NCBI GenBank assembly: GCA_017654855.1
Contig: CM030333.1
Coordinates: forward strand, 3,038,001-3,102,000
DNA length: 64,000 nucleotides
Direction: 5' to 3'
Source of the DNA: Podospora anserina
Lineage: Eukaryota
The notes below the pieces were generated by a model, which worked only from the letters and a program-made list of their open reading frames with translations, had not been told where the DNA came from and made no database searches. The position numbers were made by a program, and so were the translations under genes. Shown here piece by piece: positions 22,485 through 34,427 of this stretch (the first letter of the stretch is position 1; each line of letters opens with the position of its first letter).

Positions 22485-23858
22485 TCACGCTCCTGGGTAA
22501 TAACTCCCCGCAACAGCCCTATACGGACTCTGCTGTACCGCCCCCCCGCCCGGAGCAGCAGCAGCGGGAGCAGCAGCAGCGGGAGCAGCAGCAGCGGGAG
22601 CAGCAGCAGCGGGAGCAGCAGCAGCGGGAGCAGCAGCAGCGGGAGCAGCAGCAGCGGGAGCAGCCGCCCCCGGGCCTGGCCCATCCAAAAACCTGAACCA
22701 CGACCTTGCTGCCGTCACATTCAACTTTGCGCTGTTGAACCTCGCCTCCCCCGGCGGCATGCACACCAAGATGTACGTGTTGGCAGTAAACTTGGTGACA
22801 AACATGCTAAAGTGGCTCCCCATCTTGTACTCAAGCTCGGAGAACTGCTCGGCGTTGCGCGGCGTGCCCGTGAACTTGCTGCAGGTGTGCTTCCACGACT
22901 TGAGGATATTCGACATGCGCTCGAAGCGGTCGCCATAGGGGTTCTTATTCCCCTCGTGGGAGGCCCACTTTGACACGACAAGAAACGAAGTCCGCTCGAA
23001 CAGGAGGATCTCGTCGGCTTCGATGGCGACGCCGAGGGAGGCGAGCTGGGCTTCGATGACGGCCAGGTTCGGGACGAGGTCGTGGATGATGGACGCCCAG
23101 GCCTTGTAGAGGGACTGGTCCCAGATGGAGGTTGCAAAGAGCTGCATTTCTGGTTCGAGGTCGTCGGCTGGGTGGGTAGGGGTGAGGGTGGTTGGGGAGG
23201 GGGAGTGTTGGGCGAGGGAGCCTTTTCTGATTATCGCGACTGCCTCCGAGGTTTTTTTCCGGACGACGGCGGCTCGTTGGACGAAGACTTCTTCTCTCAT
23301 TTGGGGGGGGATGAGGTCCATTTTGTGGATTAGGACAAAGATTTGGGCTTCGCGGGAGTATTGGACCAGTGCCGAGATGATGTTGACGTAGGTTGCGAGG
23401 TCGCGCTCTACGTCTCGGGATTCAATGTCGAAGATGTAGATGAGGACGCCGACGTTGGAGAAGACGTGGGCGCGCTGCTGGGAAAGGTAGTTTTCCATAA
23501 AGGCTTCTTGTCCGCCGCAGTCCCAGAGGTTGAGGGTGAGGTTGCCGAGGAATTTGACGTGGGAGAGGTCGATGTCTATTGTTGCGCCTCTATTTTTGGG
23601 TCAGTAATTCATGTCTTGGGTGAGAGTGACAGGGGGGAAGAGAACATACAATCGGCGGGTATCGCGGGCGAGGTAATTGGAGAAGATGATGCTTCTCATA
23701 CTGGATTTTCCGGAGCCGCTTTTGCCCATGAGGAGGACCTTTTGCTTCTTGACTTTTTTGAGCTGAGTTTGTGTTTTTGGAATTCCCCCTCCCCCTGATG
23801 AGCCATCTGTCACCCCCGCGGTGCCACCGCTCCCTGTTGTCGTCTCCAGGCCTGACAT
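22485..23858 (-). CDS. gtr1: Rag GTPase Gtr1/RagA (one intron)
   Basis: [45 protein letters not shown] and [12 protein letters not shown]; roadblock domain LFERTSFLV. Confidence 0.94.
22552..22665. repeat. Perfect 15-bp minisatellite x7 plus a partial copy, encoding (AAAAP)7 in the Gtr1 C-terminus
   Basis: ggagcagcagcagcg repeated seven times. Confidence 0.95.
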
Positions 23859-25089
23859 TGTGTTTGTTGGGTGTGCTACCTCATGTGTGATATTGGTGTA
23901 TGGGTTGCTGAGCAAGTCCAGCCCTGACTAATTAAGATGATGTGAATGATTGAAGCGGTCGCGATGAGTGAAGTGGTTGTTGGTGAGAGCAGGCATGGAT
24001 GAGCGGCTGGGTACGGGAGCTGATTGAGGATCCACCTGGGGAGCGGGTCGACAGGGATCATCGGTACAACTGAGCTAACTGTAAGGGGTTTGGCGGTGTG
24101 GATGAGCAACGGGAGCTTAGCCTCACGTGACGAAATACGTCACTGCTTATTTTTGCTTAGCTCACGACGTTGCGATTCTTCAGCCTTCACTTGTCTCATG
24201 GGAGCGAACTCGGAGCCTGTATCATATTTGACTCTTTGAGCTAATGTCAGGTACTTCATGAAAAGGGTGGATGAAATGACCAGCTGTTTTGGATCAGGCA
24301 AAGCCACACTCTGGCATCAATCGACCATTCAAGCAGGCAGCTGTCCAGGTACTGTCCAAGTAGGTTTTTCATGTCTCAACTGTCTTCACCATCTGAATCG
24401 TCTTTCAATCTTTTTACGAGAATCTTAATCTACTCACTTCTTGCCTGCTCGACAAAGCTGGTAGAGTCTAGACCAAGCAGTGTGAACGAGCATTCCAGGT
24501 GTTGCCGAGCAACCTGCCCCCTTTGCCCCTTTCATGCCATTCCTTCAACTCAGCCTCCTCACTTGGACATGCCAGTTGCCAGGATGGCGAAAATCAAACA
24601 GTTTCAAATACAGACCTGGAGTCAAGCTTTCAGTCACCGTGTTGGTTCCCGTGATATGTATTGCTGTCATCCTGTTTCGACTAGAGTGAAGGGACAGAGC
24701 ATAAAGGCAACCCAGTCTTGTATGCAATCGAACCTTCCGTTGAACTGAAGATATTCACCCCGCAACACCGACTTCAGTAAATAGCACTAGCGTTCACGTT
24801 GTTTGTGTCTCTTGGGTGTCGGCGACTTTGCAGTGAATTACCAGTTCCACCAACACGCCGATTCACTCCAACAATTTGGCTCTGTTGTCTGCCGCAACTA
24901 TATAAACGATTTCTCATCTTCAACGGCCTCTTCTCTTCCTCTTCCTCTTACCAGTGTCGATATACGAGCAATATTAACGACTCGACTTCGAACCTAACCA
25001 GCAATCTACTCACACACATTCTCTGGAGATACTCAAACCCACCTCTCCACACTTTCACCAACAAACATCCACCCTCACCATCAAACACC

Positions 25090-26210
25090 ATGATGCCCCA
25101 GCTCCTCTACCCAGGCCTCACCAGCCTCCTCTTCCTCCTCTTTGCCCTTCAGATCTCAGCCCACATGATGATCTCCTCACCACCACCCCTCGGCTCATCA
25201 AGCAACCCCAACCTCCGCTCCTCCGATATTGATTACAACCTGAAGGACCCCCTCTCCCCATCCGGCCTAACCTACCCCTGCGGCCCAAATTTCGACCTCT
25301 ACTCCCTCTCCCCACAAGGCAACCCCGTCGCAACTTGGGCGGCTGGTTCCAGCCAATCCTTCACCCTGGACGGCGGCGCCTCCCACAACGGCGGTTCCTG
25401 CCAGGCCTCCCTCTCCATCGACGGTGGTAAATCGTTCAAAGTCCTTCGCAGCTACGAAGGCGGCTGTCCACTCAAAAGGAACTACCAGTTCAGCATCCCA
25501 GCTGACGTTCCGGCAACAAAGAAAGCGGTCTTTGCGTGGACCTGGTTCAACCAGATTGGGAATAGGGAGATGTACATGAACTGCGCCGTTGTCGACATCA
25601 CACCCGGGTCAGGCGGAAAAGGCGGATGGGCCAAGAAGCCAGAGGTGTTCAAGGCAAATATTGGGAACGGGTGTACCACGGTCGAGAGATTCGACGTCGA
25701 GTTTCCCAACCCGGGGGATGATGTTGCTAGGGGTGGGGAAGGGAATTTTGCGAGCCCGGTGGGGGATTGTGGGACGGTGAATCGGGGGGCGGACTCAGGT
25801 GCGGGAGAAGGCAGTGGTAATACCCAGGGCGGCGGTACCGATAGTGGAAACGGAGGTGCTAACCAGAACCCAGACTCGCCGCCAGCAGGGGATTCGCCTG
25901 GCTCTAGCACAACTGATCCGACTAGGCCATCTCAGCCCAACTCAGGAGGTAAGTCAACATCTCTCTTCACCATCTCACCACCCCCCGATTCTGTTTCCTA
26001 CCGTCAAAAACGAGTTGAAGCCAATTCTCCCTTTCTTATTCTCTTTTCTTTCTAGATGATCCAGACTCAAGCTACGTCCCCTCCATCGACGACTGGAAGC
26101 CAGGGAGGGATTTCCCAGAGTGGTTCAACAAGAACTCTGGGATGTCTATCATAGTCTCTTTTCCTTCAGTCTTTATGGCTTTGACGCTTTCTTTCCTCTT
26201 TCATATGTAA
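25090..26210 (+). CDS. AA11-family lytic polysaccharide monooxygenase with probable GPI signal (intron 25949-26055)
   Basis: Signal peptide ending QISA followed by His1 (HMMISSPPP); GGASHNGGSCQASLS; FAWTWFNQIGNREMYMNCA; G/S/P linker; hydrophobic end NSGMSIIVSFPSVFMALTLSFLFHM*. Confidence 0.85.
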
Positions 26211-26665
26211 GCTTTGATCGGGTAATCTTTTCTTTTCCTCTGTTTGAGACATTGACTAACACTCTTTCGAAATCTTATTAGCGGTACCTACTACCTCTGC
26301 TTGTGGCACAAAAACCGTCACCGCGAAGCCAGAGGGGACAATGGTCTTCACGCGGACATTCACCGTCACTTGGTGAGGAGATATTGGTGGGACATCAGGT
26401 TAGGGCCAGCGAAATTGGACATGTAGTTAAGACACAAAATTTGGGATGGTTTGGTGGTAATAAATACTGGTATTTCAAAAAGATGAACAATTCTTTTCTC
26501 AGAATTGTACTAAACTATAAATATTCGTAATTCATAATCATAAAATGCAAACGCTACGTTACAGTCGTAAGACCCATTCCACCTTCTGACTTTACCCTTT
26601 GCGCCCGCAAAACACAAGATCATAAGACGCTCCCATAAACAGCAACAATAACCTCTTTCAGGACA

Positions 26666-29600
26666 CTACGCCAACAACCTCTGTGCCTGTCCCTGTCCCT
26701 GCCCAGCCATCCCCCCCTCCTGCTTCCACCTCCTCAACTCCTCCAAGTTAACCTGCCCAATAATATTCCCCCTCTGTGTCCTCAACTCCGTCATCTTCAA
26801 CTCATGCCTCCCCCTGGCCCCCTCCCCATCAATCTGATTCCTCACCGCATACGCATTCAAGTTCGCCTCCCTCTGCCTCTGACTAAACTCCGCCTCCTGC
26901 AACTTCCTCTGACTCTGAAACTGCAACTGTTGATAGTTAAAGTTTTCCTTCTCTTCCCACCTCTGCCTATGCAAATCCTGCATCTGCGCCAAACTCTTTG
27001 CATGTCTCAGCTCCTTGTGCTCTAGCGCGACAGTGTTCTTCTGTCTGCGCTCTTCAATATGCTGCACATGGGCCCGTTGGCGATGAGCCAAAGACGCACT
27101 CCGTTTCTGGTCCGCCATGGCGAGATTATCGTTATGTTTCTGCCATCGGACCCCCGATTGAACATTCGCCTCACTGATCTTGATCTGCGAGTCGTTCTGA
27201 TGTCGATCTGCCTTGAGGAAAGTTGCCTGCTGGTGGTTCAAGCTGCGTTCCTTGCGCCCCTGTTGGGAGTGTTCCTCCTTGTATCGCACGCTGCGGCTGT
27301 GCTTTTGCTCCTCAATCTGGGCGTGCACCGTCGCCTTTTCCGTCACCCGTCTCAGCTCATTACCGTGACTTTCCTCCACACGACGATTGCGCTGCTCCCA
27401 GGCTCGTCGCTCCCGCTCATAATCGCGAATCTCTTCTGGGAGGCCAACAGCATCAGCTGGCTGCGTCTCTTCGATGGTGGCATAGAACCTGTCCTCAACA
27501 CCGTGGTCCTGAAGCATTTGTACCAAGGCCGGCGAGCGCGGGCCAAGGAGGATCCCTTTCATGATGTACATCGTCGGAGAATAGTGATAGATGCCCTCCT
27601 GGAACGTATTCTCGTGACTGTTGAGGGTCTTGTAAAGCAGTCGATCGAGCAGAACTCGCGTGATGGCCTCGTTGTTCTGATTATCCAGGGCAAGGAATAT
27701 GACAGTTTTGCCGCGCACCTTGAGCAGAGGGCTGGCATCGACAGAGGCGAGAATGTCAAGACTTTCATCCGCAAGGGCAATGTCATGCGGCATTGTTGCC
27801 TTGAGAGCAACCTCGCCCAGTGCAGTTCGGCCGCCATGCTTCGTGGAACGATAATTGACATCGTGACCAGCATCGAGAAGCAACTTCATCGCTTCAGGGT
27901 GAAAGTTGCGAGCCGCCTCATGGAGACTCCCGTCATTAACAGAAGGGTTATGTTGAAGCAGCGTCTTCATCATGTCGATGTCCCCTGCGCGAGACGCGAA
28001 GAAGAGCGGCGACCGACCAAGGTTATCCTTCACGCTGACCTTGGCCCCGTAGCTGAGGAGCATCTCCACAACATCAACTCTCCCAGATTTGACAGCCACG
28101 AGAAAGGGCGTGGTTTTCGAGACCGGGGTGGTGTATGAAAGATCGGCTAATTCCGTTAGAATGTCTTTGTTGTCACAAGAGGCGAGATACTTACATCCAT
28201 GGCAGATGAGAGCTTCAATAACATCTTTGCTAATCATCTCATCCTTTTGCAACAGTGCCCACATCAGCACAGTGACAGGCTCAAGCTCGGCCTGAGCACC
28301 CTTTTCTGTGTCACAAACGGCCCAAACAGTAGACTCCAGACGACATCCAGCCCTCACCAGACGATGGACAATCGCAACCGAGTCTCCATAAGACTTGAGA
28401 ATGAGAATGATCGGCGGGTGCGGCATGCCGGGAAGGGAATGATTGAAGTCGGTAGGCAAACCTGGTTGAGCCATGACGTTGAGAATTTGGAGAAGAACAG
28501 ACTCAGAGTGGTGAGCCATGATGGCGGCAGAAAGAGCCAGTGTTGCGGAAGTGGCATCAGCTTTTTGCTTCAACAAGTAATCGAGGAGGAGAGGGTCGCC
28601 CCTTGATGCCGCCGTGCCAACAGCCTTTCCGTTTTCGCAGTTTACGTCGGCTCCCGCGGCAAAGAGACTGTCCAGAAAGGCCCTTGACAAAGTAGCTTGA
28701 TCATTGTCACAAGCGAGCTGGTCCACCACGTCCATCATCGCCCTGCTGGCAATCTGGGGGGAAGCGCCATGTTTCAAAATAATTCTGATAGTGTCGACAT
28801 GTTCAAACGCAATCCACTGCTTGCCTCGGCTGAGAATAGCGGCAAAGGCCTGTGTAAAAAGCTCCGGAACCTTCCCAGCGTACCCTGCCAATAGATGCAA
28901 CAGGTCACGTTCAAGATTACAAGCCGCGTTCTTGATACACACGCCATTGTCATGAGTTGGCTCTGCCCCAGAGTCAAGTAGCGTTTTAGCGAGTGCCAAA
29001 TCCGGTTTTGGTTCCAAAACCACATGTTTGAGCGCCATATTGAGATGATCAAGCTGAAGCCGACTCATGACCTCACCCAACACCGCCCTCCTATCCGTTC
29101 TTGGGGCACGGAGCGCCTCCATGAGTAGCGTGAACAAGGCCTTGTAACTGATACCTTGACCTAGAACCAAGTGAAAGGTCTCGGGGCGAAAGCTTCGGAT
29201 TGCGTAAATAAAGACCTCTCCATTGTTGTAGTTTACCGATGCACGTGTGAGAAGTAGTTGTATCAACTCCCTGGGCTGATGTTAGTCACGCTTCATCAAC
29301 AGGGAACTGCTGTCACAACTTACGTATTGCCAAAGTCGTTCTTGAACACTTCCACCAACGCTTTCCCACTGGCAACTTCGTCGATAGGGTGGCGAACCAG
29401 TAGTTCAACCAGACGGCGTTTCTGATCCTTGTCCTCAGTACCCATCGCCCAGCCAAGCGCGGCACCAAGTGCCTCCGGTGATGGCTCTCGGTCCACAATT
29501 TGTTCTGCGATGTCCTCACACGAGGATCGTACAGCGACTTGCAAAGCCTCGCCCTTTCGATGGTTGACATCGGCCTTTCCGTCATACAGGATCAGATTGA

Positions 29601-30807
29601 ATAGACACAGGTCCCTGTCCCTCGCAGCGCTATCGCCACGCTTAGAGTCAGAAACCAGGCAATGGACAATGCTGATCAGCGCTTCTGCCACACAGAGACC
29701 TTGGGCTCCCGCATCGATCAGACGTTCAATAATCCCGTATCGCTCATCGTTGTCGTTGACTTTCACGGCCTGCGAAACCGCAATCGTAAGACTCTGCGAG
29801 GAGGGGTCCAGCCCAAGAAGCATGGCCAAAACGTCCACTTGACCAGTCCGGATTGTTTCCACCAACGCAAAACCTTCGTACTCTTCGGGGATTCGTCTGT
29901 GTCGGATGATGGTTTCCAGGAGCTGAACATCCCGCCGTCTTATGGTCTCGATTAAGCCGTCCGTGATCAGGTGTGTCGTCGCTGGACCAGCCGCACCAGC
30001 TGCCAAGCACATTCCTACCATCTCATAGCCAAAGGTGTCGAGGTTGTTGGTTGCCTTATTGACAGCTGTGTCTAGAGTTCGTGGCGAGGCCTTCACCGGT
30101 CCAGAGATCAATGCGGCCACGAGATCTGGTCGAGAATCCTCCACAGCGCGGATAAGTGCGATACCATCACCATAGTTGACGTCTGCCCAGTGGTTCAGCA
30201 AAAGACGTATGACATCGACCGAGCCATTTGCTACCGCCAGTCGAAGTCCAGTCGACCGGCAGGCCAGGCACGGCAGATGATGTCCCGAGAGGAGAACCTC
30301 GATGAGATCCACGTTGTCGCGGAAAACGGCGCCCTGAAAATCATCGTGTAGGTAGACAGGGCTTGCTCCGTGATCCAACAGTGTACGGATAATCGCCAAG
30401 TTGCCCCTGGCTATCGCGTGATGGAGGACACTGTCGAGATTCTGCTGGTCGGCATGGGCTGCGAGAACATGGACTGTTTCCGGTCGGCATTTGATGGTGG
30501 CGCGGAGAAGGATATCACTCCGCTCATTGTTCTGATGTCGTTGAGCAATCTTGGTCCATGTGGTTGAGTTTCGGCGGCGGACAAAGTTGACGTCGGCACC
30601 AAGAGAGAGCAAAGCCTTGACAACCCCTAGCGACCCATCTGACTCTACCACCTCGGTCAAGACCTTGTTGATCTCGCGGTGGCTGAACTCTGTGCCGGCC
30701 TGAGATGAAAATCGGTTTCGGAGCCAGCCGAATGTTTGTTCGTCACGGATCTGGGCTCGCTGAGCCTGGAGGAGCTGAGTTGCCTGTTTGTTCTCACTAC
30801 CGGCCAT
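26666..30807 (-). CDS. Large ankyrin-repeat protein with C-terminal charged coiled coil (two introns, near 29.3 kb and 28.2 kb)
   Basis: Many degenerate ANK units (LLxxGADVN, GRSPLFFA, TTPFLVAV); two ORFs joined by a GT-AG intron with a CTAAC branch site; E/Q/R/H-rich tail. Confidence 0.82.
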
Positions 30808-31673
30808 TTCTACGGCAGGTGCCAGCTAGTATTGGAGGTGTGAGCAGTTTGGACATGTTAAATTGAACGAGAGACCAAAAGCAGGCGGGAATGAGAGCCG
30901 GCGGTGGCACGCGCATAGCTATGTATGGGTTCGTCCATGGTGTCCGACAAGCCAACCACGAGGCTCGCGACATGCCGAGAGCTTCTGTTCGACCCGGCAG
31001 TGTGGAATGAAGCTGTTCGATATGCAGCACCAGGGGATGTGCCATGCAAGCGGACGATTGACGTGTCCCAGGTGGAGCGGCAGTGGTGATGTTTGGTTGG
31101 CTGCGGTGCTTCCCCTACGCGCATTAGCCGCCAGGAACATGAGCTGCGCCGCACCATCCCTGACCAACCAGTTGAACCTCAGTGGGTGATGCACACCTCC
31201 TGAAGCAGGCACCTGTCAGCCCAAGCACCACTCAAACCGTCGGGAAGCGCTGTTGATGTGTTTCAGGTCGTTTATTGAACGTCGAGCTGTCGACGTGTCA
31301 AGCCGAGCCCCCCAAGAGGAGTAAAGGAATACATGACGCTAAATGACGCGCGAAAGTCGAGGCTTGCAACGCGCGCATGAAGATCAAATGACAGACATTA
31401 GATGCACCGAGGTGAGGCTCTGGAGAAGCTCGATGCTGGCGGGGACATGGTTGTGGGGAAAGAAATGGTGATGTCACATGTTCAAAAATACCTTCACGAG
31501 CACTGCCTGGCTCTTTCCTGCTACACACAAACAGCTCCGAAAAGATTGATTGGATAATGCACTGCACTGCAGCAGCTGCAACGTTCTGTGACTGGAAATG
31601 GTAACCATGCACACAACATCCAAGCTCACCACCCCACCACCACTTCGGCCCCCAACTCGTCGAACAAAGCTGC

Positions 31674-33545
31674 TTATGTCGTGCTCCTAAGATTCGATCC
31701 CTTGGCCAGGAGGGCAGCGCACACAGCCGCGACTGCCACCGCAGTAGATGTCGCAAACGAGTATCGAAGGCCTTCAAAGTAGACATGTCGTGCCTTGAGT
31801 TGGATGTCGGGCGGCAGGTCTCGGATGGCCGACACCGAATGACGGATCTCTTCGACAATCTAGCAATATCACATGTCAGCTCTCTGCATATTCCCCACAG
31901 TCCTTCTCTCTTCAAAGTCGCAAAACAGGGGCAAAGTACTCTCCATTTATCTGGTATCTCGCCCAAAGCATCGGGTAACCGAATGCTGAGCGTGGTTTGG
32001 AGGATTGCAGATGTCACTGCCACTCCATAGACTGTTCCTAGCGATCGGATCAAGTACACCGTCGAGGCTGAAACGGCATGGTCTGTGATTTGGCAGTAAG
32101 TAACCCAATTCACAGCTTTCAGCGAGGCGACACTTACCGGCATGATCGAAGGTAGCTAAAGAGGTAAACAGAATGCCTGGGTAAACAATGCCTTGACCCA
32201 AATTTGCCGGGAAGATGTACACGTAGTACTTCCAAGCTGAATCCTCAAAACCGAGTGAGGTCACCAAGGCGTTTCCTATAACCATGAGGAACGCTCCAGT
32301 GCGTACCAGAGTGAGGAGCTTGCCCCATCTTGACATGACAACACCGGCTATCAAGCCGCCAATAGGCGTGGCGAGGGATGGGATGGCGAGCCGAGCACCG
32401 GCAGCCGTAGCCGAGTCCAGCAACACAACTTGAAAGAATAGTGGAAGGTTGAAGAGGTACTGTTGATGACGATGTCAGCAAAACGTTAGGTCTAGGTGTG
32501 TATCTCGTGGTCATCAACGTACCGCGTAGGCTGACAACCCAACACAGATATTGGCAAATTCCACCAGCAAAGGGAATTTGCCCTTGATCAGACGCAGCGG
32601 AATGATGGGAATGGCCCGAGTCCTCGATTCCACCACCAGAAACAAGACGAACAAAACGGCACTACCCACCAAGGAGGCAATGACCCACGGACTCCCCCAT
32701 GGCAGCTCATTCCCCCCAAGACTCAGACCAACAAGCTGAATAGAGATGGCCAAAACCAGCAGCAGTGCGCCCGAAAAGTCCACCTTGGTCCAGATATCTC
32801 GAAACCCCTGACCCAAGTCAAACCCTCCTTCGGGGTTCTTGATTACCAAGGCACCAACAACAAGAGCAAAAGCAGAGATGGGCACTTGCAGCAAGAAGCA
32901 CCATCTCCAACCAATACCGTCGGCAATAGTTCCACCAAAAGAAGCACCACAAATAGCTCCAAATCCAAACATGCCGTTCTGAAGAGCCTGGTACATACCC
33001 CGTTTGCGGAACGGGATCATATCCGAGTTGACAATGGTGGCTTTTCTACACGTCAGTCCAACTTCTTCCGTTCCTCAACATTATCCACACGTACCCATAG
33101 TCATCAACCCACCACCCCCAAACCCAGTCAAAGCCCTCATACAATTAAGCAGCACCACATTCCCAGCAACCCCACAACCAAGACATCCCAATGCAAAAGT
33201 CACAGTCGAGATGAAGAAGCACACGCGGCGGCCAAAGATGTCAGAAACCCTTCCGTACAACGGCTGGAACGCAGTGCTGGTCAGGAGATACGACGTGGTA
33301 AGCCAGGAGGCATTGTTCGCCGCATCAAATTCGGAGCTGATGATGGCGTAGGTCGCTGCGGTGATGGTGCCGTCGAATCCGTACAGGAAAACATTCGACA
33401 TGATGGCGACTTGTATCCAGAGGAACCCCCGAGGGGGCGACCATGTTTCCTCGTCTGGGGCACGAAGGAGGGGTTGGTCGTCTCTGATGCTGTTGAGGAG
33501 CTCATGGTCGTCCGTGTCGTGCCTCTCTATATCTGATGACGTCAT
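31674..33545 (-). CDS. MFS transporter, DHA2/Vba-like (multi-exon)
   Basis: FLYGFDGTI, SWLTTSYLLTSTAFQPLYGRVSDIFGRR and GWRWCFLLQVP; many TM segments. Confidence 0.88.
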
Positions 33546-34427
33546 TCTCGCTGTCGTGATTTCAAGAGGGAAGCGGCCTCTGGGACTGAACAATTCGGTC
33601 GCCTTGGAGAGAAAATATTCTGGCGCCGTGATCATGAAAAAGAGCAAGAGAAGCCAAGATTTTCAAACGCAGCATGGCGATGGTGTGCGAGCAAGGGTAG
33701 GGTCAGTTGTCTCGATATATGCATACATGCAATAAAGCGATTACAACAACCTCCCTTTCCGCTGAGTTGAGTCACGCCGGGGGATACCTGCATTCTAATT
33801 GCATTTGGATGCTACCTACATTTAATGTGTGGGTGTTCATCGAGATCATACCTCATGTAAATATTAATAACTCGCAGCCGGTCTCGGACAAACCCCCACG
33901 ACCCCCTCTCTCTAACATGCATAACAAGAGGTTCACGGGCATAAAGAGCTGGTTATGGAGAAGTATCTCTTGGTTCAGCACCATGACGGCATCACTCTTT
34001 GTCATGAATTGATCGTTGACAGCAGAGCAGGTATTCTGACACTGGCATCAGAATGGGGCGGTATGGTGCGATTCTCAAAACTTCCTTTTTTGTTAACGTC
34101 GTTGGTTGTGGTGGGATACTCCTCGAGCCGGCGCAGCATTGCTCAACAATCAGCGGTCAGTTGGCCTCCGCATTAGAGGTAGGATCATCGGAGCTCTCCT
34201 GCGATTTCACACTCGACAACTAGGACACAATCGCAGATCAAATATGTCTGCGTTGAAGACGGACTGCCAACACTTCAAACACCACCAGCCAAACAAGAAA
34301 AGATCGTCGTAAAAGAATGCACTATTCATTGCAACAGGTAAAAGCAGAAAACCGAAGTCAATATCCAAGGACCAACCAAACCTACGATATACAAATCCAA
34401 CCTACAACCAGCAAAACATCCTAATCC

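Noticed and set aside
22340-22973. ORFs with (REQQQ)n, (SSSSG)n, (LLLLP)n and (CCCSR)n
   Set aside because: Shadow frames of the Gtr1 minisatellite.
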